Shown: positions 28,445 through 32,000 of the stretch, in pieces
Layout: each line of letters begins with the position of its first letter
Numbering within the stretch: the first letter of the stretch is position 1
Position numbers and translations under genes: made by a program
Assembly (NCBI RefSeq): GCF_000757865.1
Contig: NZ_CP007754.1
Coordinates: 1,230,001 to 1,262,000 of the forward strand
Length of the DNA stretch: 32,000 bases
Direction: 5' to 3'
Source: Prochlorococcus sp. MIT 0801
GTDB taxonomy: Bacteria; Cyanobacteriota; Cyanobacteriia; PCC-6307; Cyanobiaceae
The notes under the pieces: model-generated
Database searches by the model: none
Seen by the model: only the letters and a program-made list of their open reading frames with translations
Told to the model about the DNA's origin: nothing

Positions 28445-29440
28445 GTGACCAGTTTTATTACTGCAGCGAATCCTGAGCCTAGTAGTTTCGAGCATGACAC
28501 TAATAGACTCAGATTAATTAGTGGGACATCCAATACAGCATTAGCTAAAGAAATTGCGACTTATATGGGGGTAAACAATGTACCTCTTGTTTCAAAAAGG
28601 TTCGCAGATGGAGAGCTCTATGTTCAAATCCAGCAATCAATAAGAGGATGTGATGTTTTTCTAATACAACCAACCTGTGCTCCTGTTAATGACAGCTTAA
28701 TGGAGCTTATGATCATGGTGGATGCTTGTAAAAGAGCATCTGCTAGACAAATTACAGCTGTAATTCCATATTTTGGTTACGCCAGAGCAGACAGAAAGAC
28801 AGCAGGTAGAGAGTCCATAACTGCGAAGCTAACCGCAAATATTCTTGTCAAATCAGGAGTAGATAGAGTCCTCGCAATGGACTTACATTCCGCACAAATT
28901 CAAGGTTATTTCGATATCCCCTGCGATCACATATATGGTTCACCTGTTTTAGTTGATTATTTATCAACCATGAAGCTTGATGAAATCGTAGTCGTCTCGC
29001 CGGATGTAGGTGGTGTAGCCAGAGCCAGAGCTTTTGCGAAGCAAATGAAGGACTCACCTCTAGCCATTATTGATAAACGTCGCTCAGGGCATAATGTTGC
29101 CGAAAGCCTTACAGTGATTGGGGAAGTTTCTGGCAAAACTGCAATATTGATTGATGACATGATTGACACTGGAGGTACTATTTGCGCAGGAGCTGAATTA
29201 CTTAGGAAAGAGGGGGCTAAAAAAGTTATTGCATGTGCATCTCATGCTGTTTTCTCTCCACCTGCTTACGAGAGACTTTCAAAAGAAGGCCTTTTTGAAC
29301 AAGTTATTGTTACTAATAGTATTCCTGTTCCAAGTAATTTAGATTTCTCACAATTGAAGGTCTTATCAGTTGCGAATATGCTTGGAGAAGCTATCTGGAG
29401 AATTCATGAAGAAAGTTCTGTTAGCTCAATGTTCAGATAA
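28445..29440 (+). CDS. prs: Ribose-phosphate pyrophosphokinase (PRPP synthetase)
   Basis: Characteristic motifs are present: FADGELYVQI, PYFGYARADRK, DLHSAQIQGYF and the PRPP-binding loop ILIDDMIDTGGT. The start is a GTG at 28445, and no in-frame ATG exists after the stop at 28415-28417. Confidence 0.92.
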   Translation: MTSFITAANPEPSSFEHDTNRLRLISGTSNTALAKEIATYMGVNNVPLVSKRFADGELYVQIQQSIRGCDVFLIQPTCAPVNDSLMELMIMVDACKRASARQITAVIPYFGYARADRKTAGRESITAKLTANILVKSGVDRVLAMDLHSAQIQGYFDIPCDHIYGSPVLVDYLSTMKLDEIVVVSPDVGGVARARAFAKQMKDSPLAIIDKRRSGHNVAESLTVIGEVSGKTAILIDDMIDTGGTICAGAELLRKEGAKKVIACASHAVFSPPAYERLSKEGLFEQVIVTNSIPVPSNLDFSQLKVLSVANMLGEAIWRIHEESSVSSMFR

Positions 29441-29450
29441 ATTTTCAAAT

Positions 29451-32000
29451 TTACTTCAAAATCAGTTCCACGACTTCTCTTGTATTAGAAGATAAATTTG
29501 CTTTATTTAATTTTAATAGTGATTCATACATCCCTTTCTTATTTTTATCTATATAAGTTTTCCATTTACTAAAAACTTTTACCATTCTTGAAGCCGTTAT
29601 TGGATTAATTTTATCTACCTCTATTAATTTATCAGCCATAAATAAATAACCTTGTCCATCTAGAGAATGAAACAAATCAATATTTTTACTAAATCCGCCG
29701 AGAACAGCTCGAATGGCATTTGGAGCCTTCCAATCAAATTTAGGATGTGAAAGTAATTTTTCAATCCTATCAATTCCTACCCTATGAGGTCTTGAGGCCT
29801 CATAAGCAAACCAGGAGTCTAAGACTACTGGATTTTCTTTCCAAAGGTTATAAAACAAATTTGAACCTTCTTCAGTCAAAGTGTTATCGAGTAGCTTTAA
29901 TGCTCCTAAAGCCGCTCTTGATATTGTCATTGAAGAATGACTAATTGATTCAACACAATTTCTTTGCACATTTCTATCGCCTGCAAGAGATAAATAAAAC
30001 CATATGGTTCCTAATAGTTTTCTCTCTCCTTTACCCATTGGCCATTGAAGATCAATATTAACTAATAAATTTTTAGCTATTATTCGCAGCTCTTGAATAA
30101 TTTCATTACCAATTAAAACTTGGAAATCTATTGACTCTCTATAAATTCTTATTGGATCCACTTTTTTGAATAAGGATTCCAATTCTGCAAAACCAGGTAT
30201 TTTTAAAAGAGTTGCTAAGAAAAAAGGATCATTAAATTCTAAAGATTTAATGTTTTGTTTAATAGCATTAATAAACCTATCTTCCAAAGAATAATTGGCT
30301 TCATTATTAAGCCTAGTTTTCAAAATCTCACGCATCAAATACTGACCAGAGTCCCACCTAGAAAAATAATCATTGTCATTTAAGAAAAGGAAAAGATAGT
30401 CATCTAAAAGCAAATCAGATTCCCAAACAACAGGTGAAGAAAATCTTCTAAAAAGTGATAAAACCGGAGCTTCTTTCTCACCTGGGGGAGTATTTATTTT
30501 TAAATTCTTCTTATTTTTATCTAAAATAAATAAATTATCTTCAACTATAGGTGTAGTTCCTTTTTCTCTGCTATAACAGGAATAAAGAATTGGTATAACC
30601 ATTTCCGTATTTCCACTATTAATTTCGCTATCTATTTTCTGCTCAAAAGAGACATTCAAAATTGAATGTTTTGAATCCCAAGATTGATTTATCAGAACTT
30701 TTGGAGTACCTGATTTATAATACCAATTAAGAAATTTTTCTAAATCAAAAGGACAGTTTTTTTCTTCCAAATAAGCACCTTTTATTAATGAATTAATAAA
30801 ATCCTCAGTTGTAGCTGCACTACCATCAAAGGTTTTAATATAGAGATTAATACCTCTAAAGAACTTTTCTTTCCCTAGCAATAGCTCAAGCATTCTTATC
30901 AACTCAGCACCCTTCTCATATATTGTTGTTGTATAAAAGTTATCGATAGCTACATACTCTTTAGGCTTCACCGCATGAGAGGTAGGACCCTTATCTTCAG
31001 CAAATTGAAAATTCCTAAGTAAGGAAACATCTTCTATTCTTTTTAGTCCTTTACTATGTAGATCTGAGGTAAAAGATTGATCTCTAAAAACTGTCAGGCC
31101 TTCTTTTAATGAAAGCTGAAACCAATCGCGACATGTAATTCTATTGCCAGTCCAATTGTGAAAATATTCGTGAGCTATAACACTTTCTATTCTCTCTAAT
31201 TCATCATCAGTCGCAGTCTTTGAGTCAGCCAATACCAACTTTGAATTAAAAATATTTAGCCCCTTATTTTCCATCGCTCCCATATTAAAATGCCTCACAG
31301 CAACAATTTTATATTCATCTAAATCATATTCAAGACCATAATTAACCTCATCCCATTTCATTGCTTTTTTTAGAGAGTTTAAAGCATGTTTTATATATCT
31401 TTCGTCTCCTTTTTCCACATAAATTTTAATATCAATTAATCTTCCAGTATTTGTTAGATATGAATCTAAGACTGAATTTAATTTACCAGCAACTAAAGCG
31501 AATAAATAGCAAGGTTTTGGGAAGGGATCTTCCCATATAATTTCATGCCTATTATTATTTAAGTTACCTGAATATTTCTCATTCCCATTAGACAATAATA
31601 TAGGATACAAATTCCTGTCTGCCTCTAATCTTACTGTATATCTACTTAAAACATCTGGCCTATCAGGATGATAACAGATTCTTCTAAATCCTTCAGCCTC
31701 ACATTGTGTAGTTAACATTCCTGAGCTTAGATATAATCCTTCTAGCGATGTATTTCTAAAAGGATCTATTTGAGATATTATTTTTAATTCAAATTCTGAG
31801 ACTGGAGTACTATTTATAATCAAGACTTTATCGGAAATAGAATATTCAGGCAGATTCAATTCTTTTCCATTTATTGATATTGATAATAATTTAATTTGAT
31901 TACCCTGGAGAATAAGCTTTGAAGATTCTTTCTTCTTTGGCTTAATTATCATTGAAGATTGAACAACAACATAATCCGAACCAATATCAAAATCTAAATA
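29451..32000 (-). CDS. pepN: Aminopeptidase N (M1 zinc metallopeptidase); N-terminus truncated by the window edge
   Basis: M1 motifs are present: GAMEN, HEYFHNWTGNR (HExxH) and the downstream LKEGLT Glu ligand. The frame stays open upstream of the listed ATG (31952) to nt 32000 (YLDFDIGSDYVVVQSS-MIIKP...), which resembles the PepN N-terminal beta domain. The gene therefore continues beyond the window. Confidence 0.9.
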   Translation of the reverse strand, partial: YLDFDIGSDYVVVQSSMIIKPKKKESSKLILQGNQIKLLSISINGKELNLPEYSISDKVLIINSTPVSEFELKIISQIDPFRNTSLEGLYLSSGMLTTQCEAEGFRRICYHPDRPDVLSRYTVRLEADRNLYPILLSNGNEKYSGNLNNNRHEIIWEDPFPKPCYLFALVAGKLNSVLDSYLTNTGRLIDIKIYVEKGDERYIKHALNSLKKAMKWDEVNYGLEYDLDEYKIVAVRHFNMGAMENKGLNIFNSKLVLADSKTATDDELERIESVIAHEYFHNWTGNRITCRDWFQLSLKEGLTVFRDQSFTSDLHSKGLKRIEDVSLLRNFQFAEDKGPTSHAVKPKEYVAIDNFYTTTIYEKGAELIRMLELLLGKEKFFRGINLYIKTFDGSAATTEDFINSLIKGAYLEEKNCPFDLEKFLNWYYKSGTPKVLINQSWDSKHSILNVSFEQKIDSEINSGNTEMVIPILYSCYSREKGTTPIVEDNLFILDKNKKNLKINTPPGEKEAPVLSLFRRFSSPVVWESDLLLDDYLFLFLNDNDYFSRWDSGQYLMREILKTRLNNEANYSLEDRFINAIKQNIKSLEFNDPFFLATLLKIPGFAELESLFKKVDPIRIYRESIDFQVLIGNEIIQELRIIAKNLLVNIDLQWPMGKGERKLLGTIWFYLSLAGDRNVQRNCVESISHSSMTISRAALGALKLLDNTLTEEGSNLFYNLWKENPVVLDSWFAYEASRPHRVGIDRIEKLLSHPKFDWKAPNAIRAVLGGFSKNIDLFHSLDGQGYLFMADKLIEVDKINPITASRMVKVFSKWKTYIDKNKKGMYESLLKLNKANLSSNTREVVELILK

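Overview
This is an AT-rich segment (about one-third G+C by eye, not computed) with very tightly packed genes. Gene content and order (cyanoP/psbP, clpC, lysA-cdaA-uppS, recB-recD, lipA, bioB, malQ, prs, pepN) fit the core chromosome of a marine picocyanobacterium, most likely Prochlorococcus. The strain cannot be determined without a database search. I call 28 protein-coding genes, two of them cut by the window edges (recB at the 5' end, pepN at the 3' end). Nearly all are housekeeping genes identifiable from catalytic motifs in the supplied translations. I recognised no rRNA, tRNA, CRISPR array, transposase, integrase, phage gene or long repeat. I do not see a convincing new multi-gene system such as a defence island, and this looks like an ordinary core region. 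The items most worth a second look are: (1) a 625-bp ORF-free gap between divergent malQ and prs, which stands out because stop codons of convergent genes elsewhere lie 1-19 nt apart; (2) a tightly coupled bioB-trhO-orf170 unit convergent with lipA, placing two sulfur-inserting radical-SAM enzymes next to a rhodanese protein; (3) a lysA-cdaA-uppS c-di-AMP/cell-wall unit with a TTGA overlap; (4) a glycerolipid-themed run of genes downstream of clpC; (5) a recR whose conserved N-terminus lies upstream of any ATG/GTG/TTG codon; (6) a G+C-rich leader in front of a DeaD-type helicase that is followed by a small Cys-containing exported protein and an ABC exporter. All functional links are inferences from sequence and gene order only.
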